Numbered from the stretch's first letter, positions 1 through 8,824 are shown. The stretch: DNA of 24,000 nucleotides from Dehalococcoidia bacterium (GCA_011191975.1 DUFA01000132.1:63426-87425); one strand, 5' to 3'. Program-made: numbers and translations. The notes: generated from the sequence alone by a model not told the origin.

Positions 1-341
1 CAATACCATTGGCCAGCATCGCCAAGCAGAATGAAGAGATATTCCTGCCCGGGAAGTCAAAGCCAGTAATCCTGCAACCCGGCTCTCAGGGCTTGCAGAT
101 GCTACAGCGCCTGCGTGACGAAGCCCACCGCTTCGCCATCACCTATCACAAGAACCTGCGTAACAAACAGACCATAAAATCATCGCTGGATACTATTACC
201 GGGATCGGCTCGAAGCGAAAACGCGCCCTGATGAGACACTTCGGCTCGATCCGGGCAATCCGTGAAGCCAGCATTGAAGAACTGACCGCAGTCTCGGGAA
301 TTACAAAATTACTTGCCCAGCAAATCAAAGAATTGCTATAA
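1..341 (+). CDS. uvrC: UvrABC excinuclease subunit C, C-terminal fragment (5' end outside window)
   Basis: The frame is open from the window edge. The translation contains RLRDEAHRFAITYH followed by a helix-hairpin-helix region (ITGIGSKRKRALMRHFGS...IEELTAVSGI). The TTG at 9 is only the ORF finder's first possible start. Confidence 0.9.
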   Translation, partial: IPLASIAKQNEEIFLPGKSKPVILQPGSQGLQMLQRLRDEAHRFAITYHKNLRNKQTIKSSLDTITGIGSKRKRALMRHFGSIRAIREASIEELTAVSGITKLLAQQIKELL

Positions 342-1916
342 CTACCTCTTCAGCTTCCAGGTAGTGCCCTGGACTGAATCTTCAAGCAGAATCCCGGCTT
401 CATTTTCGAGACCACTGCGCATTATATCTGCTTCTTCATACATTTTATTCGTACGAAGTAATTGCCTAAAATAGATATCTTTTTCTACTACCGTATCAAC
501 CGAGGAACTATCTATTGCATACTCATTTTCCAAAGAATCTTCCTCTTCTGTAGAAATTTCATCGATTTGTGCTAAAAGTACTCCACTTGCGGTTATCACC
601 TCAGTTTGTGCTCTTAAAATATCTGGATTATCTATCACTGAGTTCAAGTTAATTGATTCTGCAGTTTCTTTACTAGCTGTTGCTATATTAATAGCCAAGG
701 TTTTGGGGTAATGAGTCGGTTTTCTGGGATTTAGCGTCAGCCCGAGGACTCCCGCAAGTTCAGTAAATACCTGCTGCGCCTGAGTCACATCGTACCCCTC
801 ATCACTTGACCTATTGATATCTCTGGCCATATCAAAAAGCGTTGCCAGCGCCTGCGGGGTGCCGAAATCGTCATCCATAACCTTGATGAACCGGTTTCGA
901 TAGGAATCGGTATCTATCTCAGCCGGGCCTCTCTCACCTTTCTCCTGTGCTGCTGCGGCCAGCCTTAACCGGTCGGCACCACGTTCTGCCACATCCAACG
1001 AATCACTCATAAAAGAAAGAGGGCTGCGATAATACGAACCCAATACGAAGACTCTAATCGCATCGGGAGAATGTTCTTTCAATGCTTCGCGAATTGTTAT
1101 CATGTTGCCCAGCGACCGACTACCCTTCTCTCCTCCGATAGACAATAGCCCGTTGTGTATCCAGTATTTTACAAACGGTTTCTTCCCGGTAAAACTCTCC
1201 GATTGAGCTATCTCGTTCTCATGGTGCGGGAAAACTACGTCCTGTCCGCCGCCGTGAATATCGATGGTCTCACCAAGATACCTGATTGACATCGCACTAC
1301 ACTCGATGTGCCAGCCCGGTCTTCCCTTACCCCACGCGCTGTCCCAGGAAGGTTCTCCAGGCTTGGCTTCCTTCCACAGCAGGAAGTCCATAGGGTGTTC
1401 TTTTTCTTCTCCGGGATCGATCCTCGCCCCCGCCATCATTTCATCAAGGTTCCGGTGAGACAGTTTCCCATAATCGGGAACACTTTTTACCCTGAAATAG
1501 ACGTTTCCACCAACCGCGTAGGCAAAGCCCTTCTCAATAAGTCCGCTGACGATTTCCAGCATTTTAGGTATCTCACTCATCGCCCGTGGATATACGTGAG
1601 CCGGCTGTACGTTGAGCAATTTCATATCCTCGTCATAACGTTCCACGTATTTCTGCGTCAGTTCCTGGACAGTAACTCCGCGTTCATTTGCGTGGGCTAT
1701 GATATTGTCTTCAATATCGGTAATATTCTGGATATGTTTTACTTTGTAACCTCGGTACTCCAGGTAACGACGGACAACATCGAAAAATATATAACTCAAG
1801 GCGTGTCCGATATGGGCATCGTCATATGGATTAATACCGCAGACGTACATTTTCACCTCATCGCCCTGAGGTATGAACTCTTCTCTTCTTCCTGATAGGC
1901 TGTTAAATACCTGCAT
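342..1916 (-). CDS. cysS: Cysteine--tRNA ligase with an extended C-terminal linker
   Basis: It has the HIGH motif (DAHIGHA), CysRS Zn-ligand contexts (YVCGIN, HIECSAM, PHHENE), a KMSKS-position loop GEKGSRSLGN and the C-terminal GILLEDSVQGTTWK. The ATG at 1916-1914 directly follows a TTG at 1919. The ATG shares one nt with the ispF stop (TGATG). Confidence 0.95.
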   Translation of the reverse strand: MQVFNSLSGRREEFIPQGDEVKMYVCGINPYDDAHIGHALSYIFFDVVRRYLEYRGYKVKHIQNITDIEDNIIAHANERGVTVQELTQKYVERYDEDMKLLNVQPAHVYPRAMSEIPKMLEIVSGLIEKGFAYAVGGNVYFRVKSVPDYGKLSHRNLDEMMAGARIDPGEEKEHPMDFLLWKEAKPGEPSWDSAWGKGRPGWHIECSAMSIRYLGETIDIHGGGQDVVFPHHENEIAQSESFTGKKPFVKYWIHNGLLSIGGEKGSRSLGNMITIREALKEHSPDAIRVFVLGSYYRSPLSFMSDSLDVAERGADRLRLAAAAQEKGERGPAEIDTDSYRNRFIKVMDDDFGTPQALATLFDMARDINRSSDEGYDVTQAQQVFTELAGVLGLTLNPRKPTHYPKTLAINIATASKETAESINLNSVIDNPDILRAQTEVITASGVLLAQIDEISTEEEDSLENEYAIDSSSVDTVVEKDIYFRQLLRTNKMYEEADIMRSGLENEAGILLEDSVQGTTWKLKR

Positions 1917-2401
1917 CAATCCTCTCTCCCTATCATAGTTACCACCATCGCGGCAATCGCTTCTACTTTTCCTATCTCACCCAACCCGTTTGCCGTGCTG
2001 GCTTTTACACTTACCTTTTCAATATCGAGACTCAGTGTATGGCTGAGTTTTTCCCTCATTGAATCGATATGATCCTTCAAAACGGGTTGCTCTGCGATGA
2101 CCGTTGAGTCTATATTTACTACTCTCCAACCCTTTGCACTAACCTTTGAATTAACCTGTTTCAGCATCTCCAGGCTGGAAATATCCCGATACTCTGGTTT
2201 ACCGGGCGGGAAATATTTCCCTATGTCACCCATTGCCGCAGCTCCCAGTATCGAATCGATTATCGCATGGGTCAATACATCGGCATCACTCCAGCCTTCC
2301 AGTCCCTGACTGAACTGTATTTCCACTCCGCCCAATATGAGCCTGCGTTCCGGTATCAGGGGATGAATATCATATCCTATTCCAATTCTAGTTCCTGTCA
2401 T
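1916..2401 (-). CDS. ispF: 2-C-methyl-D-erythritol 2,4-cyclodiphosphate synthase
   Basis: The 161-aa product carries IGIGYDIHPL and SDADVLTHAIIDSILGAAAMGDIGKYFP. A 4-nt ATGA overlap joins it to ispD. Confidence 0.95.
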   Translation of the reverse strand: MTGTRIGIGYDIHPLIPERRLILGGVEIQFSQGLEGWSDADVLTHAIIDSILGAAAMGDIGKYFPPGKPEYRDISSLEMLKQVNSKVSAKGWRVVNIDSTVIAEQPVLKDHIDSMREKLSHTLSLDIEKVSVKASTANGLGEIGKVEAIAAMVVTMIGRED

Positions 2402-3090
2402 TTCATTCTCTTTTTCAGCAACATCTCAGCAATTGACAGATCTTCCGGAGTAGTTATTTTTATGTTATCGTTCGAGCCCTGATATATTTTCACACTGCCG
2501 CCCGTTAACTCCACTGCCCGTGCATCATCCGTGACTTCATACTTAAGTTTCTGATAAGCATTCGTAATAATATTGTATCTGAAAATCTGCGGTGTCTGGG
2601 CCGCCCACAGGCTCTGCCGGGGTGGTGTTCCCTGTATGGTCAGGTCATCGGCAGCCATCTTAATGGTATCGGTCACCGGAACGGCAGCAATTACCGCACC
2701 GGTTTCCTCAGCAGCGTCAAGCCCGTTCTCTATCAATCCCGCCGTGACCAGCGGTCTGGCGCCATCGTGTATTACCACCCAGTCGCAATTACCAAGGCAG
2801 TTGAGACCGTTCAGCACAGAATCCTGCCTTCTCTTGCCACCTTCGCATACTCCCTTTACCTTCGACCATCCTTCTTCAGCTACCAGCCTTTTCCCTTCCT
2901 TAAGGTTCTGTTGATTCAGCACAATTACAATATCGTCGATACGATGGCATGCCTGGAATACCTCGATCACCCGTACGAGTACCGACTTTCCATCCAGGAC
3001 CGAGAATACTTTATCGGTCCCACCCATACGTTCACTCGATCCTGCCGCTACTATCACCGCAGCTGTTTTCTGCTTTTCCATATCTGCCAT
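2398..3090 (-). CDS. ispD: 2-C-methyl-D-erythritol 4-phosphate cytidylyltransferase
   Basis: The 230-aa product carries AAVIVAAGSSERMGGTDKVF, VVIHDGARPLV and QTPQIF. It is the first gene of the ispD-ispF-cysS overlapping operon. Confidence 0.93.
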   Translation of the reverse strand: MADMEKQKTAAVIVAAGSSERMGGTDKVFSVLDGKSVLVRVIEVFQACHRIDDIVIVLNQQNLKEGKRLVAEEGWSKVKGVCEGGKRRQDSVLNGLNCLGNCDWVVIHDGARPLVTAGLIENGLDAAEETGAVIAAVPVTDTIKMAADDLTIQGTPPRQSLWAAQTPQIFRYNIITNAYQKLKYEVTDDARAVELTGGSVKIYQGSNDNIKITTPEDLSIAEMLLKKRMK

Positions 3091-3202
3091 AAACAGAACA
3101 ACCTTTTAATCCTAACCTGAGTTTACACGTAACTGAATTCTTGTTCAACCTGCGTTATAATGGAAGTGTCTAAACAGTATCAGGAAGAAGGTATAAACGG
3201 AA

Positions 3203-4159
3203 ATGTCTACGCTATTACTTGATAAACAGGCAGTAAATTCGCTGCTCAATATGGAAGAAGTTCTTGTCGTAGTCGAAGAGGCTTTCAGAACCTGGGGTGA
3301 AGGTAAAGGCAATATGCCGCCGAAGGCCTATCTGACGGTCGAAAAAGGCGATTTCAGGGCGATGCCTGCCGCACTAACCGGTCATGCCGGGATGAAGTGG
3401 GTAAATGCCCATCCCAATAATAAATCACGTAATCTTCCCTCAGTGATGGCTGTAATAATTTATAACGATCCGGAAACAGGATACCCGCTGGCAATAATGG
3501 ATGCAACGAACATTACTGCCTACCGCACCGGTGCTGCCGCGGCTATCGCCTCAAAATACCTGGCAAGATCGGACTCAAAATCTCTCGGAATCATCGGGGC
3601 GGGAACACAAGCACATACCCAGATCATCGCTCATATGGAGGTTTTCAATCTTAATTCTGTGAATACCTTCGATATTACTCCTGGTTCAGCCGAAAAGCTT
3701 GCGTCCGATCTCCCCGAGTTTCCCGTAAAATTGTGCACGATTGAAGAAGCAGCCGCATCAGACATCGTTTGCACACTTACTCCTTCACGCAAGCCTGCTG
3801 TCATGAACGATTGGATAAAGGAAGGGACTCACATAAATGCCATCGGTGCCGACGCCGCCGGAAAGGAAGAACTGGACCCACAGATATTAAGAAGAGCTAT
3901 GGTAGTCGTCGATGATATCAAACAATCAACCGCCGGCGGTGAGATCAACGTCCCCATCCAGAAAGGAATTTATTCGACTAATGACATTCACGGGACTCTC
4001 GCCGACCTGGTACTGGGTAAGATACCGGGGAGAACCAACTCACAAACAATAACCGTCTTCGACTCAACCGGAATAGCTATCGAGGATATTGCCGTTGCCG
4101 GACTGATGTACGAGAAAGCCTGGCAATCCGGTGATTACCCAATGATCGACCTTGTTTGA
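3203..4159 (+). CDS. Ornithine cyclodeaminase / mu-crystallin family NAD(P)-dependent enzyme (substrate unknown)
   Basis: The 318-aa product carries ITAYRTGAAAAIASKYLA followed by the Rossmann motif GIIGAGTQA, then INAIGADAAGKEEL and the family-typical C-terminus. Confidence 0.85.
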   Translation: MSTLLLDKQAVNSLLNMEEVLVVVEEAFRTWGEGKGNMPPKAYLTVEKGDFRAMPAALTGHAGMKWVNAHPNNKSRNLPSVMAVIIYNDPETGYPLAIMDATNITAYRTGAAAAIASKYLARSDSKSLGIIGAGTQAHTQIIAHMEVFNLNSVNTFDITPGSAEKLASDLPEFPVKLCTIEEAAASDIVCTLTPSRKPAVMNDWIKEGTHINAIGADAAGKEELDPQILRRAMVVVDDIKQSTAGGEINVPIQKGIYSTNDIHGTLADLVLGKIPGRTNSQTITVFDSTGIAIEDIAVAGLMYEKAWQSGDYPMIDLV

Positions 4160-4838
4160 AAGGGCAAAAGAAAACAATACGACCGACAATGTAGAATCGA
4201 AGGCATGGGACTGGTCATCCGTACCCGCAAACTCCTGGAATAAAGTTTCCGACGAGTTTCTGCCCGTAGCGTTAAGGCGGCAAAATTTGGGGAAACAAAC
4301 AGTCCTCGATATTGGCTGCGGCAGAGGTCGTCACTCCCTGCATCTTGCAGAGATGGAATTCAAGGTAACGGCGACAGATCTCTCTTCCGAAGGGATTACC
4401 CAGCTTAAAGAACAAGCCCGAGAGAAGAACCTTGAAGAAAATATCACTACTCTGGTATGTGATATGCTTGACCTTTCGTTCAACCAAGGTGAATTCGACT
4501 GTGTTCTTGCTTTTAACTCTGTATATCATACCGACTACAATGGATTGAAAGGAATTATTGCTAAAATCACAAATTGTTTAAGTGATTCGGGTAGTTTGTA
4601 TATATCCTTTATTTCGAAGAGTAATTGGGCATATAGAGATCCTGCCAACCACAGAATGGATGAATTCACGATAATCAAGACTCGGGGATCTGAAAAAGGC
4701 ATACCTCATACTCACCTGGAGTATGAAGACGTCATTAATCTACTCTCAGATTATAGAATCTTAAAAATCCAGCATATCCAGGATTTTTATCCCAGTGGAG
4801 ACAGTTTTCATTACTTCGTTGAAGCCGAGAAGAAATAA
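4152..4838 (+). CDS. Class I SAM-dependent methyltransferase
   Basis: Motif I is VLDIGCGRGRHSLHLAE, followed by ATDLS and an acidic post-I residue. The only canonical start is TTG at 4152, which overlaps the upstream stop by 8 nt. The start position is uncertain. Confidence 0.78.
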   Translation: MFERAKENNTTDNVESKAWDWSSVPANSWNKVSDEFLPVALRRQNLGKQTVLDIGCGRGRHSLHLAEMEFKVTATDLSSEGITQLKEQAREKNLEENITTLVCDMLDLSFNQGEFDCVLAFNSVYHTDYNGLKGIIAKITNCLSDSGSLYISFISKSNWAYRDPANHRMDEFTIIKTRGSEKGIPHTHLEYEDVINLLSDYRILKIQHIQDFYPSGDSFHYFVEAEKK

Positions 4839-4888
4839 TCAGAACTACTGATCTTGCATTAGTCAAATAAATACAGTAAAGTCAGTCT

Positions 4889-6304
4889 ATGGCAAAAACC
4901 GAGAAATCCGGTGGCAGGACGATATTCGTATGCCAGCAGTGCGGCAGGGAAGAACTGAAGTGGCTTGGGCGCTGTCCCAGCTGCAACGAGTGGAATAGTT
5001 TCTACGAGCAGAAAATCGCAGCCTCGATACGGTCGTCCAGGTCAACATCTCACGTAAATCACCCCCTGGAGCTTTCGCAGGTTGATACTGAAACAGCCGA
5101 CCGTTTTTCACTCCCGATGCCCGAACTCAATCGCGTTCTTGGTGGCGGTATTGTTCCGGGCTCGCTGGTCCTAACTGGCGGCGACCCGGGAATAGGGAAA
5201 TCCACACTTCTGCTACAGGTCTCATCACTGGTAACACAGTCTCACGGAAGAGTAGTATATGTCTCAGGAGAGGAAACGCAACGTCAGATAAAGCTGAGAG
5301 CAGACCGACTTGGAATAAAAGGAGATAACCTCTTTCTCCTGGCAGAAACTAATCTCGATGTGATACTAGAACAAGTCGAAAACGTTTCACCCGGACTGGT
5401 GATTATCGACTCCATCCAGGCAGTGTACCTTCCGGAAGTGGAAACTGCGCCTGGCAGTATTACCCAGGTGAGGGAATGCACAATGCGTCTGATGAACTGG
5501 GCTAAAAGCAGCGCCGTCCCGGTATTCATAGTCGGACACGTCACCAAAGACGGTTCTATAGCCGGTCCACGCGTTCTGGAGCATATCGTAGACGCTGTTC
5601 TCTACCTCGAAGGAGAATCTTTTAGCAGTTACCGCCTTCTGAGATGTGTAAAGAATCGATTCGGCTCTACTAATGAAATCGGTATATTCGAGATGAAACG
5701 GCAGGGACTCGTGGAAGTGGACAATCCCTCACGGGCGTTTCTGTCTCACCACTATGGGGAAACGATCGGTTCTACCGTCGTCCCTGTACTCGAGGGCAGC
5801 CGCCCCCTCCTTGTGGAAATCCAGGCACTTACCAATCCAACCAGCTTCGGCCAGCCACGCCGTACTGCCAACGGTATTGACTTTAATCGTCTTCTACTGG
5901 TAATCGCTGTCCTGACGAGACGAATAGGGCTGAAACTGAGTAACCAGGATGTTATACTCAACGTGACCGGCGGTATCAAAATAGGAGAGCCGGCAGCCGA
6001 CCTTGGTATTGCCCTTGCGATAGCGTCTAGTACCCGCGATTTACCTGTGAATCCCGAACTGGCTGTCATCGGAGAAATAGGTCTCAGCGGTGAACTTCGA
6101 ACGGTATCGCAGCTTGACAGGCGTATCGCCGAAGCTGCTCGACTCGGCTTCAAACGTATCCTCGTTCCTAAAACCGGATCGAGTACAACCTATAAAGATA
6201 TACAGGTAGTAACCGCTTCGACCCTTCGAGAAGCTATCAGACTGGAACTGGTAAGAGAAAAGAAAGCAGTTCCGAAGGAGGATAATAATGGCATGGAATA
6301 TTAA
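4889..6304 (+). CDS. radA: DNA repair protein RadA/Sms
   Basis: It has an N-terminal Zn finger (CQQCGREELKWLGRCPSCNEWNSF), Walker A (GGDPGIGKST), the KNRFG motif and a Lon-like C-terminal domain. Confidence 0.95.
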   Translation: MAKTEKSGGRTIFVCQQCGREELKWLGRCPSCNEWNSFYEQKIAASIRSSRSTSHVNHPLELSQVDTETADRFSLPMPELNRVLGGGIVPGSLVLTGGDPGIGKSTLLLQVSSLVTQSHGRVVYVSGEETQRQIKLRADRLGIKGDNLFLLAETNLDVILEQVENVSPGLVIIDSIQAVYLPEVETAPGSITQVRECTMRLMNWAKSSAVPVFIVGHVTKDGSIAGPRVLEHIVDAVLYLEGESFSSYRLLRCVKNRFGSTNEIGIFEMKRQGLVEVDNPSRAFLSHHYGETIGSTVVPVLEGSRPLLVEIQALTNPTSFGQPRRTANGIDFNRLLLVIAVLTRRIGLKLSNQDVILNVTGGIKIGEPAADLGIALAIASSTRDLPVNPELAVIGEIGLSGELRTVSQLDRRIAEAARLGFKRILVPKTGSSTTYKDIQVVTASTLREAIRLELVREKKAVPKEDNNGMEY

Positions 6305-6875
6305 AGGTGTCTGGCATGAGTCCTGTGCAGCAGAAGGACACTGCTCCTTTTACTTCGGCAGAGACAGGGATGAGCCCTGCAAACAGCTCGTCCTCTACCA
6401 GATACAGGAAGGACAAATCGACGGAGTGGATGTAGGAGGAATTCTGATAGTCACCATAGCTGATTTATACTCCGAAAAAGTGGCCGACCTGATGGTAAAA
6501 GGTGGTGAAGGAGTCATCTACATCAGCAGCAAAGCATCCGAAGAACAGAGAAAAGTCCTAGAACCTTTCTTCGTTAATAATGTTCTGCGTATGGGGCTTA
6601 TTCGAGACTGCCTTGGTGTAAAATACGTGGACATGGAATTCAGCGAGGAAAACGGAACCTGCCGTATTAAGATGCCGAACGTTGAATGGGAAGCATCATT
6701 AACGATCGGTGGTGACGGTAAAACACCGCAGCGTATTGAAAATTCAGTCCTCAGTATGTCATTTCCGATACTTAATATCTGCAATACCCACTACTGGAGA
6801 TATAATGATTTCGGGAATAACTGGGATTTCAAGAACCGCAGCGGCGCTAGGGCTGCGTTTGACCTTAAAGGATAA
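6288..6875 (+). CDS. Hypothetical protein, DUF1326-like (family assignment tentative)
   Basis: A strong SD (GGAGG, 6277-6281) sits 6 nt before the ATG, and the gene overlaps radA by 17 nt. The N-terminal W-x-IKG-x-W-x-E-x-C...C-x-F-x-F pattern and the ~195-aa size resemble my recollection of DUF1326. This needs HMM confirmation. Confidence 0.6.
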   Translation: MAWNIKGVWHESCAAEGHCSFYFGRDRDEPCKQLVLYQIQEGQIDGVDVGGILIVTIADLYSEKVADLMVKGGEGVIYISSKASEEQRKVLEPFFVNNVLRMGLIRDCLGVKYVDMEFSEENGTCRIKMPNVEWEASLTIGGDGKTPQRIENSVLSMSFPILNICNTHYWRYNDFGNNWDFKNRSGARAAFDLKG

Positions 6876-7042
6876 ACCGCATTATATCTAGATTATTTAG
6901 ATATTTTGCTTAATTACTCGAATCCTTCTTACAATTTCATTACTTTTTACTGTCAAAGAATCGTGAAAACAGGATTAGTAATAAGTAAAGATACACACGA
7001 ATTCTTGGCCTGCTGACAAACCGGTAGTGGAGATTGGGTACG

Positions 7043-7936
7043 ATGAGGTTCAGGAAGTTCTTCTTTGCTATCATTTTTCTGATTATCCTGTTATCTATAA
7101 TATTCGTTTTTAACAATTCCCGTGTAAGTGACAGCAATCCACAGACCGGAAATCAATCTATGCTTTCCGCAATCGAACTCGATGACTTTAAAAAACGGAC
7201 AATAGAAAAGACAGCATCTATTGAAAGATATTACCAGGATACCGAATTATTCTATGAATATTCAGATATTAACAATGGAATTCATGGAAAAAAGTCTTTA
7301 GGTATGGTGATGACAGCAAAGGTAGACGTTAGTAATAAAACGCTCTGGGCTACGATTAATTCCACTCTCGACGAAGGCGATAAACCGGTTGATATTGAAG
7401 TGGAAATGTACAGCAAGGGAGATGACCTGTATATTGACATGCAGACAGATGGAGAATCACCGGGCTGGTTCAGATCAAAGCAGATAATAACCAGTTGGAA
7501 TAAACTGGTTTCATTCGAAAATATCCTGACTGTCATGGAAGAAGAGGCTGTACTCAGTTCGCGAAGTGAAGTCTATAATGGTAACAACTGCTATGTCCTG
7601 GTAATACCTGTAAAAGATATTTACACAATTTATAGAACTCTTAAAAATTCATATGGCCTGGAAAATCAGTTCCGTTACACGTTTGAACTTATTCAGTCAT
7701 TTTCAGATCAATTTGTTTTCGAAATATGGATAGAAAGAGACTCACTGTTTATTATAAAAACAGTTGTCAGAATGGATGTCGAAGTCACTCCTGAGCGGGT
7801 CACAGGAATGAAAGCTGATTCCGCGACATATTCACTGCGTATGATGACAGATAATTACAACATAAATCAGTTTTTTAACATCGAGTTACCGGAAGAACTG
7901 GATGATGCCCCAATGATATACACTATCAACGAGTAA
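7043..7936 (+). CDS. Hypothetical exported or membrane-anchored protein
   Basis: GGAG at 7029-7032 lies 10 nt before ATG 7043. The N-terminus MRFRKFFFAIIFLIILLSIIFVF is a basic n-region plus a hydrophobic core with no lipobox Cys. The gene is markedly AT-rich (sampled stretches about 32-42% GC). No family was recognised. Confidence 0.7.
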   Translation: MRFRKFFFAIIFLIILLSIIFVFNNSRVSDSNPQTGNQSMLSAIELDDFKKRTIEKTASIERYYQDTELFYEYSDINNGIHGKKSLGMVMTAKVDVSNKTLWATINSTLDEGDKPVDIEVEMYSKGDDLYIDMQTDGESPGWFRSKQIITSWNKLVSFENILTVMEEEAVLSSRSEVYNGNNCYVLVIPVKDIYTIYRTLKNSYGLENQFRYTFELIQSFSDQFVFEIWIERDSLFIIKTVVRMDVEVTPERVTGMKADSATYSLRMMTDNYNINQFFNIELPEELDDAPMIYTINE

Positions 7937-7999
7937 AATAGTGTGGTAATATACTCCAGCACAATAAATCAATGATGTAATGAAGGAGAAAATACAAGT

Positions 8000-8824
8000 A
8001 TGTCTGAAGAACAATCTCCGGATTTCCCTGAATATGATACAAAGACCACCCCGGTCTGGGATAATATCGCCGGGTGGTGGGATGACAGAATCGGTGACGG
8101 CAATGCATTCCAGGATTACCTCATCGAACCATCCCAGGAACGTCTTCTTGAACTGAAGCCAGGTGAAAGGGTGCTGGATATAGCCTGCGGAGCTGGAAGG
8201 TTCACCCGTCGCATGGCAGCACAGGGTGTTACTATTCTTGCCTTCGATCATTCCGAAAAGTTTATAGAACGTGCGAAACAGCGCACTAAAGAGAACACTG
8301 GCAAGATAGAGTACCGAGTGATAAACGCCACGGATAAGGCGGCTATGCTTGAACTAGGGAAAAATGAATTCGATGCCGCGGTCTGTACGATGGCAATTAT
8401 GGATATGTCATCGATAACGCCGATGATATCCACCCTGCCGGAACTCCTGAAATCGAATGGGCGTTTCGTATTCTCTGTAGCTCATCCCGCCTTCAATTCA
8501 GGAACATCACAACTTATAGCCGAGGAAAAGTACCTTGATGGAAACCTCCGGTCAATTTCAGGTGTAAAGCTGACCGAGTACTCGCAGGCATTCATGCACC
8601 AGGGAGTAGGTATCCCGGGACAGTCGGAACCACAACACTACTTCCACCGCTCGATAAGCATGCTCTTCAACGCCTGCTTCAAGCTCGGATTCGTCCTCGA
8701 TGGTATTGAAGAACCAACTTTACCGGAAGAACTAGCTGATACCCGCCCTTCGCCGCTGAACTGGGTAAAACTGCCACAAATACCGCCAGTACTCGTGGTA
8801 AGGATGAGACTGTTTTATAAATAA
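8000..8824 (+). CDS. Class I SAM-dependent methyltransferase
   Basis: Motif I is VLDIACGAGRFTRRMAAQG, followed by AFDHSEKFIERAK. A GAAGGAG SD lies upstream. Confidence 0.85.
   Translation: MSEEQSPDFPEYDTKTTPVWDNIAGWWDDRIGDGNAFQDYLIEPSQERLLELKPGERVLDIACGAGRFTRRMAAQGVTILAFDHSEKFIERAKQRTKENTGKIEYRVINATDKAAMLELGKNEFDAAVCTMAIMDMSSITPMISTLPELLKSNGRFVFSVAHPAFNSGTSQLIAEEKYLDGNLRSISGVKLTEYSQAFMHQGVGIPGQSEPQHYFHRSISMLFNACFKLGFVLDGIEEPTLPEELADTRPSPLNWVKLPQIPPVLVVRMRLFYK

Noticed and set aside
1308-1895. 195-aa plus-strand ORF antisense to cysS. Similar shadow ORFs occur at 2097-3120, 5284-6153, 9024-9581, 10569-11169, 12467-13230, 16078-16431 and 17284-17705
   Set aside because: All are embedded opposite genes with clear homology signatures. 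None has a recognisable domain, and 9024-9581 even runs across the cupin/queF intergenic gap.
6884-6904. Hairpin ATATCTA-GATTATT-TAGATAT after the DUF1326-like gene, considered as a terminator
   Set aside because: The 7-bp stem has only a single G:C pair (six A:T), so it is very weak despite a following TTTTG. That is too marginal to call.
7034-7042. TTG at 7034 as the start of the exported protein
   Set aside because: The GGAG at 7029-7032 would be only 1 nt from it. ATG 7043 has a 10-nt spacing and gives a standard signal-like N-terminus.
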